Positions 56,032-64,000 of a stretch of 64,000 nt of DNA are shown piece by piece; within the stretch, counting starts at the first letter, position 1; every line of letters starts with the position of its first letter. Origin of the DNA: a virus; IMG/VR virus record IMGVR_UViG_3300044673_000327, positions 1 through 64,000 of that record. One strand, 5' to 3'. The notes under the pieces are model-generated. The model saw only the letters and a program-made list of their open reading frames with translations, searched no databases and was not told where the DNA came from. The position numbers were made by a program, and so were the translations under genes.

Positions 56032-56396
56032 TAAAGATCGCCCCCGTCTCTACACGGGTCTTATCTTTCCTACATCGGGGGACTCGGGGTACAATCTAAC
56101 GAATTCAGGTTTCATGATAGAAGGCTCGGGTGTTCCATCTCTTCAGCGCGAGCGAAGCGCTGGCGTAGCCAGTTCGCCCCACCTTTTTCCTATTCCGATC
56201 GCGTACAATGAAGAAGTACACCGAGACGGTCGGTAAATTGTACTAGGTTCGGAGAGGGGGCGATCGTGGATCACCCCCTCTCTTTATGGTTGGATTATTT
56301 GTTTTTAGAATCACCATTCTGCACACCGAATAATATTCCTGATAGTAATCCTTTTGAATCGGGAAAGACGATCGCTAATCCCTTCTTTCGAGTATC

Positions 56397-56858
56397 GAGT
56401 CTTTTTTTAGGTTAGCCCTTCGGGTTGATCTGTAATGTAAACCACCCCACTCTCTTCACGGGGTATTTTCAACCAAAGGATTAATCGATCATGAATACTT
56501 TCCATCACATCATTGACCTCTGCATTATTCTCTCCGCTTTATCTTTAACCCTTCTCTCCTTTCTTCCTCTCCTCTTTAAAGGGATTATCTGCCTCCAGAA
56601 GTTCCCGAGCAAAGTCCGTCAATGCCGAGCCGACAAACGACAAGCTCTCTACCGTCAAGCTGTTGCTCGTGAGTTCGATGCGTTGATGAAACATCCCTAT
56701 CACGATCTCAAGAAGTACGTTCGACATCTCGCCCTACCGACCGACGATATGAAGAAGCCTACGATAGCGTGGGCGATCGCTAACTATCACGTTCAGAGTT
56801 ACGGTCTCTAGTCTCTTCCCCCCCTCCCATCGGAGGGGATTGTCTTTTCCCACGGGCT
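56397..56858 (+). mobile_element. cassette 6
   Basis: Motif A at 56401; CACGGGCT at 56851. Confidence 0.75.
56491..56811 (+). CDS. cassette 6 cargo, TM helix plus HeH-like C-terminus
   Basis: Hydrophobic N-terminus; LMKHPYHDLKKYVRHL...KKPTIAWAI. Confidence 0.7.
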   Translation: MNTFHHIIDLCIILSALSLTLLSFLPLLFKGIICLQKFPSKVRQCRADKRQALYRQAVAREFDALMKHPYHDLKKYVRHLALPTDDMKKPTIAWAIANYHVQSYGL

Positions 56859-56948
56859 TTCGATAGAATCCCCGGTTAGTCTCGCACTAACATCTCGACC
56901 TTTGACGGACTGCTTTAACTTTAAGCTACGGGGAGCGTGACTATTCTA

Positions 56949-57542
56949 TCACCCTTCCTTCGCCTCGATCAAGATCGTCTCGATCGCTTTCTCTAAAGCC
57001 TCCTCGAAAGAACTCCCCTTGAAGATCTCCCGTAACCCATCCGCCATGCGCATCATCCCCGCTTTCTCGAACTCCTCTTTCTCTTGAAGATTGCCGATGC
57101 GGATGAAGGTATCGATCGCCTTGACCGCGCTGTTACGGAGGTGCGGGAGAACCTGTAGGAACTTCTCGTCGGGGATGGAATCCTGCCCGGCTTTCACTCT
57201 CATGGTCGCCATGTCCAGATCCTCTACCGTATCCACGATCAACTTCTGTATCGTGCCGATAGGATCGAATCCCCGATAGTCCGCTAACTTCTCGTTGAGG
57301 GCTAAAGCTCTGGCTCCCGCGGTCTTATATCTCTCGTACCAATTACTCACCCCGTCGATCGATACCTTGAACTCGGGACTGAGATCGAGAAGGTATCTCT
57401 GGATGTCCGATAGTCGCGGGTTAGGACGGTTGGCGATCGCCAGTAATCCCGCGTCCTGATCGGGAGTTAGCATCTCGCGGAACCTATCGATCTTTGTCGG
57501 GGGAGATTTACGGGGTTTGAGTATCGGTTTAGCGTCAGCCAT
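56949..57542 (-). CDS. terminase small subunit-like protein (Mu gp27/DUF3486-like)
   Basis: TKIDR...VSIDGVSNWY HTH-like segment; upstream of terL. Confidence 0.6.
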   Translation of the reverse strand: MADAKPILKPRKSPPTKIDRFREMLTPDQDAGLLAIANRPNPRLSDIQRYLLDLSPEFKVSIDGVSNWYERYKTAGARALALNEKLADYRGFDPIGTIQKLIVDTVEDLDMATMRVKAGQDSIPDEKFLQVLPHLRNSAVKAIDTFIRIGNLQEKEEFEKAGMMRMADGLREIFKGSSFEEALEKAIETILIEAKEG

Positions 57543-57613
57543 AATAGAGGAGAGGAAGGAATGAATGAATGAATTAATTTATTTTTCCGTTCTTAATCGG
57601 GGTAATTAAGACG

Positions 57614-57850
57614 GGGGATTAGTATTCCTTTCTTTCTAGGTTTCGTTATAAGCCGAGGTGACAGATGGTATATAAAATCGTTTGGCAAAGCAAGATAACC
57701 GGCTATCGATCGGAGGGAAGTCCGAGTGATAATTTGACAGAGCTTGAGGTGTTGACAAATAGAATGAATAAAGAATATCCAGATATAGATCACTGGATAC
57801 TCCCCGTCGATGAGTCAAATCAAAAAGGGGATTAGTATTCCTTTCTTTCT
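57614..57850. repeat. identical 24-bp direct repeats containing motif C
   Basis: GGGGATTAGTATTCCTTTCTTTCT at 57614 and 57827. Confidence 0.9.
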
Positions 57851-57923
57851 CTCTCTCCGTATCGAATCCTTTTTAGGTTAGCCCTTCGGGTTATAAGTAG
57901 GTGTAGTTAATCGAGATTGAATT

Positions 57924-58106
57924 ATGTATATCGCTTTTCAATGCGCCGGTGAAGAACTCTACTGGAAGTCGGGTGGTAAGCGCGAGCCATTGGTTCTGAC
58001 TCTTGAAAAAGAGAAAGCCACTCGAATTACGTTGGGTGTGTTTCCTAAAAACTGGTGGTATCGAATGAATGACAAAGTTCAAGATCTGGATTTTCAGATC
58101 GTTTAA
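57924..58106 (+). CDS. cassette 7 cargo 1
   Basis: First ATG after motif A. Confidence 0.65.
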   Translation: MYIAFQCAGEELYWKSGGKREPLVLTLEKEKATRITLGVFPKNWWYRMNDKVQDLDFQIV

Positions 58107-58118
58107 TTGGAGGAGTTT

Positions 58119-58268
58119 ATGTATATCAGAATCAAAGACTATCTTCCCGATGCGAACATCTCTCCCGAAGTTCAAGTACGGGTCGATGATAACTTCAACC
58201 CGAAAGATAAATACACTCTAGACTGGCTAGAGTATTTGGTCTTACTCTGGAACTCAAGAGAAAAATAA
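58119..58268 (+). CDS. cassette 7 cargo 2, 49 aa (not in the ORF track)
   Basis: GGAGGAG RBS; MYIRIKDYLPDANISPEVQ... Confidence 0.65.
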   Translation: MYIRIKDYLPDANISPEVQVRVDDNFNPKDKYTLDWLEYLVLLWNSREK

Positions 58269-58340
58269 TTAATTCATTCCTCTCCTTCCTCTCCTTCCTC
58301 TCTTATCGAGGGGAAGGATTCTTTTTTCCACGGGCTTTAT

Positions 58341-59081
58341 CTATACCCCTCTCCACAACTTACGGGATTCGGCGCGGTTGACATTATCGAGTCGGATCTG
58401 TTGACCGATTCTATTACTCTCGATCTCCATCGTCTGATCGGCCGCTTGACGTTGTAGTCTCTCGCGGTTTTGGGCTTGCGTTCCCTCGAACCGGACATTC
58501 TGATCGCCCTGCGCCCCGATCTGGGCGATGTTATACCCCGATTGCTCTCTCGCCAATCGGGATCTATTCTCGGTATCGACACCCATCCTCTGGATCTGAT
58601 TGGTATTATCGACGTTCATACGTTGGATCTGATTGCCGTTATCGACGTTCATCCTCTGGATAGTCTGGTCGCTACCCTCGCGTTGGATGCGGGATGTACT
58701 CTCGGTATTCGCCCCGATCTCCCCGAGTCGGTACTGATTGGCGAGTCCCATTAATTCCCTCTGGTTCGCCTGTTGTTGGGTGATGAGGGCAGAATAATCG
58801 GAAGAACCCGAACCCGTCGATGAACCGGAAGAATCGGGATTGAAAGATGGATTAGAACCACCACCTCCCGAACCTCCCCCGTTACGGAGGGCGTTTAATC
58901 GTTGGTTTAATTCCTCTTCGGCTATCTGTTCCTGTAGTTTCTTCTGGCGGATCTGGCTATCGTTGAGCATCGAGGCGCCACCTCTTCCGTAACTAGCCTG
59001 TCCCCCCCCGCCCCCAGAACCGAACGGACCGTAAGATTTACCCGGCCCACCTATCTCGATCGGACTCCAACTGATACTCAT
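58341..59081 (-). CDS. putative ejection/pilot protein with 11-residue repeats
   Basis: Gly/Ser-rich N-terminus; three IQRMxVD repeats at 11-aa period. Confidence 0.65.
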   Translation of the reverse strand: MSISWSPIEIGGPGKSYGPFGSGGGGGQASYGRGGASMLNDSQIRQKKLQEQIAEEELNQRLNALRNGGGSGGGGSNPSFNPDSSGSSTGSGSSDYSALITQQQANQRELMGLANQYRLGEIGANTESTSRIQREGSDQTIQRMNVDNGNQIQRMNVDNTNQIQRMGVDTENRSRLAREQSGYNIAQIGAQGDQNVRFEGTQAQNRERLQRQAADQTMEIESNRIGQQIRLDNVNRAESRKLWRGV

Positions 59082-59101
59082 ACTCTTTCTCTCCTATAGA
59101 T

Positions 59102-60169
59102 TTACCAATAACTGAAGTTCGGGGTAGACCCGAAGGCGATCGCCGCTTGCAGTTGACGGTTACGCTCGTTACTCCGACTATCTCTCGCCATCGCTTCCCG
59201 TTGTAATCCGAGGTTGGCGTAGAACCGGTTCTGTTCCGCCGATAGATTATTCCGAGAGATCTCCGCTTGCAGTTCCTGCCCGCGTCGGGTAGTATCGTTA
59301 CTCATCCGATTGGCTTCCCGTTGCGCCTCGATGTTATTGTTCTGTAATCCCGCCTCGATACGGATACGGGCGGCGTTCTGGGCGAGGGTCAGTTGATTGT
59401 TCGCCTGACTCGCCGCTAGTTGGTTAGCCGCGGCGGTAGAGGCGGCGTTGATCTGTTGACCCTGTAGAAAAGATTGATAGTTGAAACCCTCGCGTTGGAA
59501 CTGGCGATCGTCCTGAGACGCGATCCGATTGACCTCGTTCTCCCGTCCCCAAGCCTGACCCGCGTTGAATCTCCCCTCTTGGAGTAATCGGTTATCTCTC
59601 CGTGTCTCGTACTCCTCGATCGCCCGTTGCGCCGCCTCGATAGCGGTCTGCTGTTGATCCATCACTCCCGCTACCTCGTTACCCACTCCCGCCCCGGTCA
59701 GGGATCGGAAACCTCCCTGAAGATCCTTGAGGGAGGTGGTCGTGAACATCGAGGGAGTCTTCGGGGTGTTATCGATAGTGATACTCGGGGCTACGGTAGA
59801 GGTGGTGGACGTTCCCCCCGTTCGGGCGATGTTACCCACGGGATTGGACGAGAGGGATACCCCGCTCCCCCCGTAGATGGTGTTCCGTTTCTCGTTATCG
59901 TTCTTGACGGAGTTCATGAAACTGACTCCTCCCTTGCCCGAGGGATCGACGGTCGGGACTTGGAGATCGAACCCCCCGCTTCCCCCGCTACCGACGTTAC
60001 CGAAACTGCCCGCGTTACCGAGAAGGGTAGAGCGGGACGGATTGAAGTTACCGACCGAGGAAATGGAATTCGATCGCGAACTACCGGTCTTGTTCCCGAA
60101 CTCCCCGATATTATCCCGTACCCTCTTACCGAGGTCGGAAGCCTTGCCGATCTGATTGACCTTCGCCAT
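59102..60169 (-). CDS. putative ejection/pilot protein
   Basis: Gly/Ser-rich N-terminus; Gln/Asn/Ala helical C-terminus. Confidence 0.65.
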   Translation of the reverse strand: MAKVNQIGKASDLGKRVRDNIGEFGNKTGSSRSNSISSVGNFNPSRSTLLGNAGSFGNVGSGGSGGFDLQVPTVDPSGKGGVSFMNSVKNDNEKRNTIYGGSGVSLSSNPVGNIARTGGTSTTSTVAPSITIDNTPKTPSMFTTTSLKDLQGGFRSLTGAGVGNEVAGVMDQQQTAIEAAQRAIEEYETRRDNRLLQEGRFNAGQAWGRENEVNRIASQDDRQFQREGFNYQSFLQGQQINAASTAAANQLAASQANNQLTLAQNAARIRIEAGLQNNNIEAQREANRMSNDTTRRGQELQAEISRNNLSAEQNRFYANLGLQREAMARDSRSNERNRQLQAAIAFGSTPNFSYW

Positions 60170-60183
60170 AATTCTTTACTCCT

Positions 60184-61050
60184 CTATCGTCTCCGAATCC
60201 AGTTGTAGTTAGGTTGTCCCTGCCCGAGGATGTTTTGTACCGCCTCGTTACTACGGGCGGAAGCGGTACTGAAAGCGTTCATCTGCTCGCGTAGGTTAGC
60301 GGCGGAGTAGTTGAGTAACCCCGCTTCCCGGTTCTGTTGGGCGATGATATTCGCCTTCATCACCGTATCTCGATCCTCGACTTGGTTCCGACGAACGTAG
60401 TCTTGGAACTGGAGATCGGAAGAGAAGGTCGCCGCTCTTTTATCCCGCTCTAGATTCTTGTCGCGATTGGACTGATCGAGATTGTTACGGAAGCTTAGAT
60501 GGCTTTCCCCGAGAGCCTTGAGTTGTTCGGGAGAACGGTATCGTCTTTCGTTTCTCTCCGCTTCCTTATCGGTGAGTTCTTTAAAGAAATTGAACTCGTT
60601 TTGCCGATCGGTTCGGGTCTGATTGTACTGAGTCTCTTGCTGTTTGATATAGCGATCGTAGAACGATTGTGCCTCTTGCTGTTTCTGTTTCTCTCCCCGC
60701 TCGATCTCTTTACCCGTTATCGCCACACCAATAACATCGGGGTGCAGTGGCTGACTCGAATCAGAAGGGAGTCCCGCCGCCCGGTAAGCCGCGGGGGATG
60801 TGGGATTGAATAATTTGTTCGCCTCGGGGTTATTGGCTCGAACCTTTTGTTTCTCCTGTTCGTTGAGGCGATCGTACTCGACACGGGCGCGGTTAGGATT
60901 CTTGCGAACCCAATCGGGGTTGTTGATACCCCCTCCCGTAGGATCGAGCATCGTCCCGAGTTGGGAGTAGGTATCCCCCCGAAATAGTTCGTTTAACGAC
61001 TCGGGGCTGAAGGAATTAAAGTAATTTCCGAAAGCTTCAAAAAGTGACAT
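60184..61050 (-). CDS. putative internal virion protein
   Basis: Helical, Gln/Arg-rich; in operon. Confidence 0.65.
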   Translation of the reverse strand: MSLFEAFGNYFNSFSPESLNELFRGDTYSQLGTMLDPTGGGINNPDWVRKNPNRARVEYDRLNEQEKQKVRANNPEANKLFNPTSPAAYRAAGLPSDSSQPLHPDVIGVAITGKEIERGEKQKQQEAQSFYDRYIKQQETQYNQTRTDRQNEFNFFKELTDKEAERNERRYRSPEQLKALGESHLSFRNNLDQSNRDKNLERDKRAATFSSDLQFQDYVRRNQVEDRDTVMKANIIAQQNREAGLLNYSAANLREQMNAFSTASARSNEAVQNILGQGQPNYNWIRRR

Positions 61051-61068
61051 GGCTTTTTATCTCTCCCC

Positions 61069-62217
61069 CTATAGTCTTTGATTGAGGATATTGGCTACCG
61101 TATCGTTCGTGACTTGCATCGCGGCGAGTTGATTACTCACCCGATTCGCCATCATCCCTACCTGAGCGTTGCGTAACCCCGCGAGGGATTGGTACTCCAG
61201 TTGGTTCTTCGCCGCCCATTGTGCCTGTTCCCTACCCATCACCATCTGTTGTTGAGGGGTGGGCATATAGGGCAACATCCGATTCCATTCACGATCGGCT
61301 TCTTCCCGTAGACGTTGCCGCTCGATAGCGAGACGGGCGTTGTCGCTCTCACCGGGGAGAATATCTTGAACCAACTCTTTACCGTCCGCACCGAGCATTT
61401 GATAAACTCCCGTCCCGACCGCGGCGGTTCCCCCGACGATCGCCCCACCGACTAGAGCGGCTTTACCGAACTTACCACCTCCACTCTTGAGGTTGTTGCC
61501 AACTTCTCCCGCTTTCCCCCATACCTTAGCGGCGGTTTCCTTGGTTCGATCGATTTGATTTCCAACACGCGCACGAAATCCCGAAGCTTTCTTTTCTGGT
61601 TCCGTTCCATTGGCGACGGGTTCGAGGATGGTGGAATCTTCCGAACCGATACCCGTTCTCGGAGGAGGTTCGAGTATTGCTACCGAATTGCCCGCTACCG
61701 TTCCCGCCGATCGCATCGGATCGGTGAAGTCATTATCGATCGGGATCATTCTCCCGTTTCGATCGCGGACAAAGTTTCCCTGAGAGGTTTGGATAATCGA
61801 GTAATCTCCGTCCTCGACAACTCGACCGGATAGATCGTTGGTGGCGGGCGGATTGGTTCTACCCACCGTGTTTCCCGTGGTCGCCCACGGATCTACCATA
61901 GCGCTATAGCCCGCGCTATCTAATGGATTATCGAAAGAGATCTCGGGAAGTTTATTAATGGAAGCAATAGGTTTTGAATTGGTATTTCTCGTCCAATCAT
62001 TACCCCACGTTATCGAGGAATCTGTCCACTCACCGACATCGGGAGTGCCGAGTACCGCATTAGAGGTTAATCGATTGAAACCACCTCCGTAAAAATCCTT
62101 GTAACGATTAACGATATTCCCCGCGGAGTCGATGACGTAATCGATACCTCGTTTGGCGGAATCGCTAGGTTCGGTTTTTCCGAATCTACTCGCTATGTAT
62201 AATTCGTAATCGTTCAT
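61069..62217 (-). CDS. putative internal virion protein with a TM segment
   Basis: AALVGGAIVGGTAAVGTG. Confidence 0.65.
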   Translation of the reverse strand: MNDYELYIASRFGKTEPSDSAKRGIDYVIDSAGNIVNRYKDFYGGGFNRLTSNAVLGTPDVGEWTDSSITWGNDWTRNTNSKPIASINKLPEISFDNPLDSAGYSAMVDPWATTGNTVGRTNPPATNDLSGRVVEDGDYSIIQTSQGNFVRDRNGRMIPIDNDFTDPMRSAGTVAGNSVAILEPPPRTGIGSEDSTILEPVANGTEPEKKASGFRARVGNQIDRTKETAAKVWGKAGEVGNNLKSGGGKFGKAALVGGAIVGGTAAVGTGVYQMLGADGKELVQDILPGESDNARLAIERQRLREEADREWNRMLPYMPTPQQQMVMGREQAQWAAKNQLEYQSLAGLRNAQVGMMANRVSNQLAAMQVTNDTVANILNQRL

Positions 62218-63245
62218 AATAATTGCGGGGGGGATAGATACTCGTTTCCTTGAGAGCGGATCTGTTTTACCTTCTCTCGGGTACGCTCTCTAATATTCCT
62301 TAGTTGTTCGGCGTAGTCGGAAGATGCTACCCCTCCACCCGAAGGAAAAGAATTAACTCTTTCCTCTCCTCTCCTTCCTCCGAATTGATTCTGTAAATCC
62401 TCAACGGAATACCCCTGACGTTCCAACTCTTTTACTTGATCGGGTGATACTCCGATCCCGTTCTCCTGTAACTTGCGGGCTTTCTCGAAAGCGTCTTCCG
62501 TTACCGATTCATAAGCTTTGGTCGTCGCGAGATCTCCTAATCCCGCGCCTACCATACTCCCGATGATGCCGACGATAGGGGCGGCCGGTCCGAGCGGTGC
62601 GCCCAACGCCATGCCCGCGGTGAACCCGAGTTGCGCTCCGGCGATCGAACCGGCAGTACCCGCTCCGGCGCGAACCACGTTCTGCCCCGAACCTACCCGA
62701 GAGGTGAAATCGAGAACATCCCCGATCGCTCCCGCCGATTGGAGTACCTTACCCGGTACGTTAGCCGCTACCTGTAGGGCTTTACCCGCTCTCTCCCCCC
62801 CGAGGTTCTTGGTTCCCCAATCTCGTACTCCCTCGAACGCGTCGTAGTTGGTAGGGTTCCATGTATTGAGAGCCATATCCCACTGCTCGATGTACTGGTT
62901 GAGAGAGTTCTTGAGGATAGCCGAGGGGGTTCCTTTGAAACCTAAACCCTGACGGTTAGAATGGGCTTTATCTATTTCATCCTTGAAGACATCCCATTTA
63001 GTCCGTCCGTCTTGCACTCCCGCCATCGCCTGTAAACCGCGGGCGAAACCACCACCACCGTACTCGGTGAGTTGTTGGTACTTCTGATTGCCCGCTTCCC
63101 CGAGATCCCAACCGAGATAATCGGGAGTACTGATGTCGAGATAGTCGGTATTGTCGGTGAGGGTTGTCGGCAACTTCCACCATCCCCAAGCTCGGGAGCG
63201 ATCCGGGGACGCGGTAGACGCGGGAGAGTAGGGAGTAGCGGTCAT
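62214..63245 (-). CDS. putative ejection protein with a glycine-zipper TM hairpin
   Basis: AGAGTAGSIAGAQLG...GIIGSMVGAGLG. Confidence 0.65.
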   Translation of the reverse strand: MTATPYSPASTASPDRSRAWGWWKLPTTLTDNTDYLDISTPDYLGWDLGEAGNQKYQQLTEYGGGGFARGLQAMAGVQDGRTKWDVFKDEIDKAHSNRQGLGFKGTPSAILKNSLNQYIEQWDMALNTWNPTNYDAFEGVRDWGTKNLGGERAGKALQVAANVPGKVLQSAGAIGDVLDFTSRVGSGQNVVRAGAGTAGSIAGAQLGFTAGMALGAPLGPAAPIVGIIGSMVGAGLGDLATTKAYESVTEDAFEKARKLQENGIGVSPDQVKELERQGYSVEDLQNQFGGRRGEERVNSFPSGGGVASSDYAEQLRNIRERTREKVKQIRSQGNEYLSPPQLL

Positions 63246-63811
63246 CGGTAATCCTCCATCGCGTTCTGTTGGTACTCGATCAACCTCGCCCTCTGCATAG
63301 CGGAGTTACGACGTTTCTGTAACTCGTTCTGAATACGGTAGTATTCTTCGGGGGTCATAGTCCGATCCCCCCCGTTATTAAACATTCTTTTTTGAAGAGC
63401 GTTCGTATCGATAGGTCGATTATCTTCGGGGGGTTTAGGCTCGCTCATCTTTTTCTCGACTAACGCTTTGGCTTCATCGGCGGGAATCCCGCTACTGACC
63501 AATTCGTTATAAAGAGATTCGGCGTAATCGTTCGGGAGATCCGATCTTAAATTCCAAGCGTTTCCCGTCACCGTATCGATCGCCCCACCGAGGGGATTTC
63601 CTAGAGCGGTATTGGCGACGATGCCTAATCCCGTCGAGACGGGGATAGAGACGAGGGGATTATCGATCATCGCGTTAGCGGTAGCGATCATCGGTTTGGA
63701 AACGATACCTACCCCTACAGCATCGGCTACACTACCGATCATTCCCGGAACCAGGGAGGCTACCCGAGAGGGCATGGTACTTACAAAATAAGCTCCGTCT
63801 AATTTACTCAT
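63242..63811 (-). CDS. putative internal virion protein
   Basis: Coupled into the operon; hydrophobic N-terminal half. Confidence 0.6.
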   Translation of the reverse strand: MSKLDGAYFVSTMPSRVASLVPGMIGSVADAVGVGIVSKPMIATANAMIDNPLVSIPVSTGLGIVANTALGNPLGGAIDTVTGNAWNLRSDLPNDYAESLYNELVSSGIPADEAKALVEKKMSEPKPPEDNRPIDTNALQKRMFNNGGDRTMTPEEYYRIQNELQKRRNSAMQRARLIEYQQNAMEDYR

Positions 63812-64000
63812 TACCGTACCGCTCCTTCATTCTGCATGGATTGTAATTGTCGGAGGGTGATCATCTTACTGGCGATGTCCCTCTGTAATCTATCGATCTC
63901 CCGACTAGCATCCTCCGCGCTGAGGGGGGGAACGGTTCCCGCGACGGGTACGGGAGTGTCCATCCCCCGACGATCTTCATCGGGTCTAAGGTTCAGGGTA
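63811..64000 (-). CDS. 3' end of an upstream gene (partial)
   Basis: Open frame ending at a TAA that overlaps the next ATG. Confidence 0.5.
   Translation of the reverse strand, partial: TLNLRPDEDRRGMDTPVPVAGTVPPLSAEDASREIDRLQRDIASKMITLRQLQSMQNEGAVR

Larger units (their letters stand above)
57864..58336 (+). mobile_element. cassette 7 (two cargo genes)
   Basis: Motif A at 57869; CACGGGCT at 58329. Confidence 0.75.

Noticed and set aside
50097-58336. Motif A or B copies as a CRISPR array
   Set aside because: Spacing is hundreds to thousands of bp, with whole genes between copies, and there is no cas operon. The PD-(D/E)XK gene is a common stand-alone phage nuclease.
929-63189. Many antisense or alternate-frame ORFs in the track (e.g. 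929..1354, 19561..20013, 43530..44009, 59627..60208)
   Set aside because: They lie within well-supported genes, lack RBS or motifs, and look like shadow ORFs.

Overview
The whole window is phage DNA, most likely a temperate cyanophage: HIP1 (GCGATCGC) is abundant, and there is an NblA gene, a cyanobacterial-type integrase and an apparently intact attP. About 1-23 kb is mostly + strand and covers lysogeny, replication and accessory genes: PD-(D/E)XK nuclease, integrase, Xis-like and CI-like HTH genes, replication initiator with internal repeats, DnaB, PAPS-reductase-like, DUF1653, NblA, DUF5131, a second tyrosine recombinase and an EAL phosphodiesterase. About 24-64 kb is mostly - strand and covers morphogenesis: tail and fibre genes, holin and endolysin, C5 methyltransferase, ADP-ribosyltransferase-like genes, HNH, major capsid, scaffold, portal, terminases and putative ejection proteins. 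The most striking unexplained structure is seven self-contained + strand cassettes at 50.1-58.3 kb, set among the packaging genes. Each opens with CTTTTTAGGTWAGCCCTTCGGG-N11/12-TG(TAA) and closes with hairpin + T-tract + C(A/G)CGGGCT, paired one-to-one around unrelated cargo genes. Other notable items: two more genome-wide promoter-like motif classes; an HNH element carrying a recoded replacement 3' end of the capsid gene; a 635-nt portal/scaffold dual-coding overlap; a RuvC-less TnpB-like gene; an unannotated 47-aa secreted peptide; and a tRNA-like RNA. All family calls are by-eye motif recognition, not database searches.
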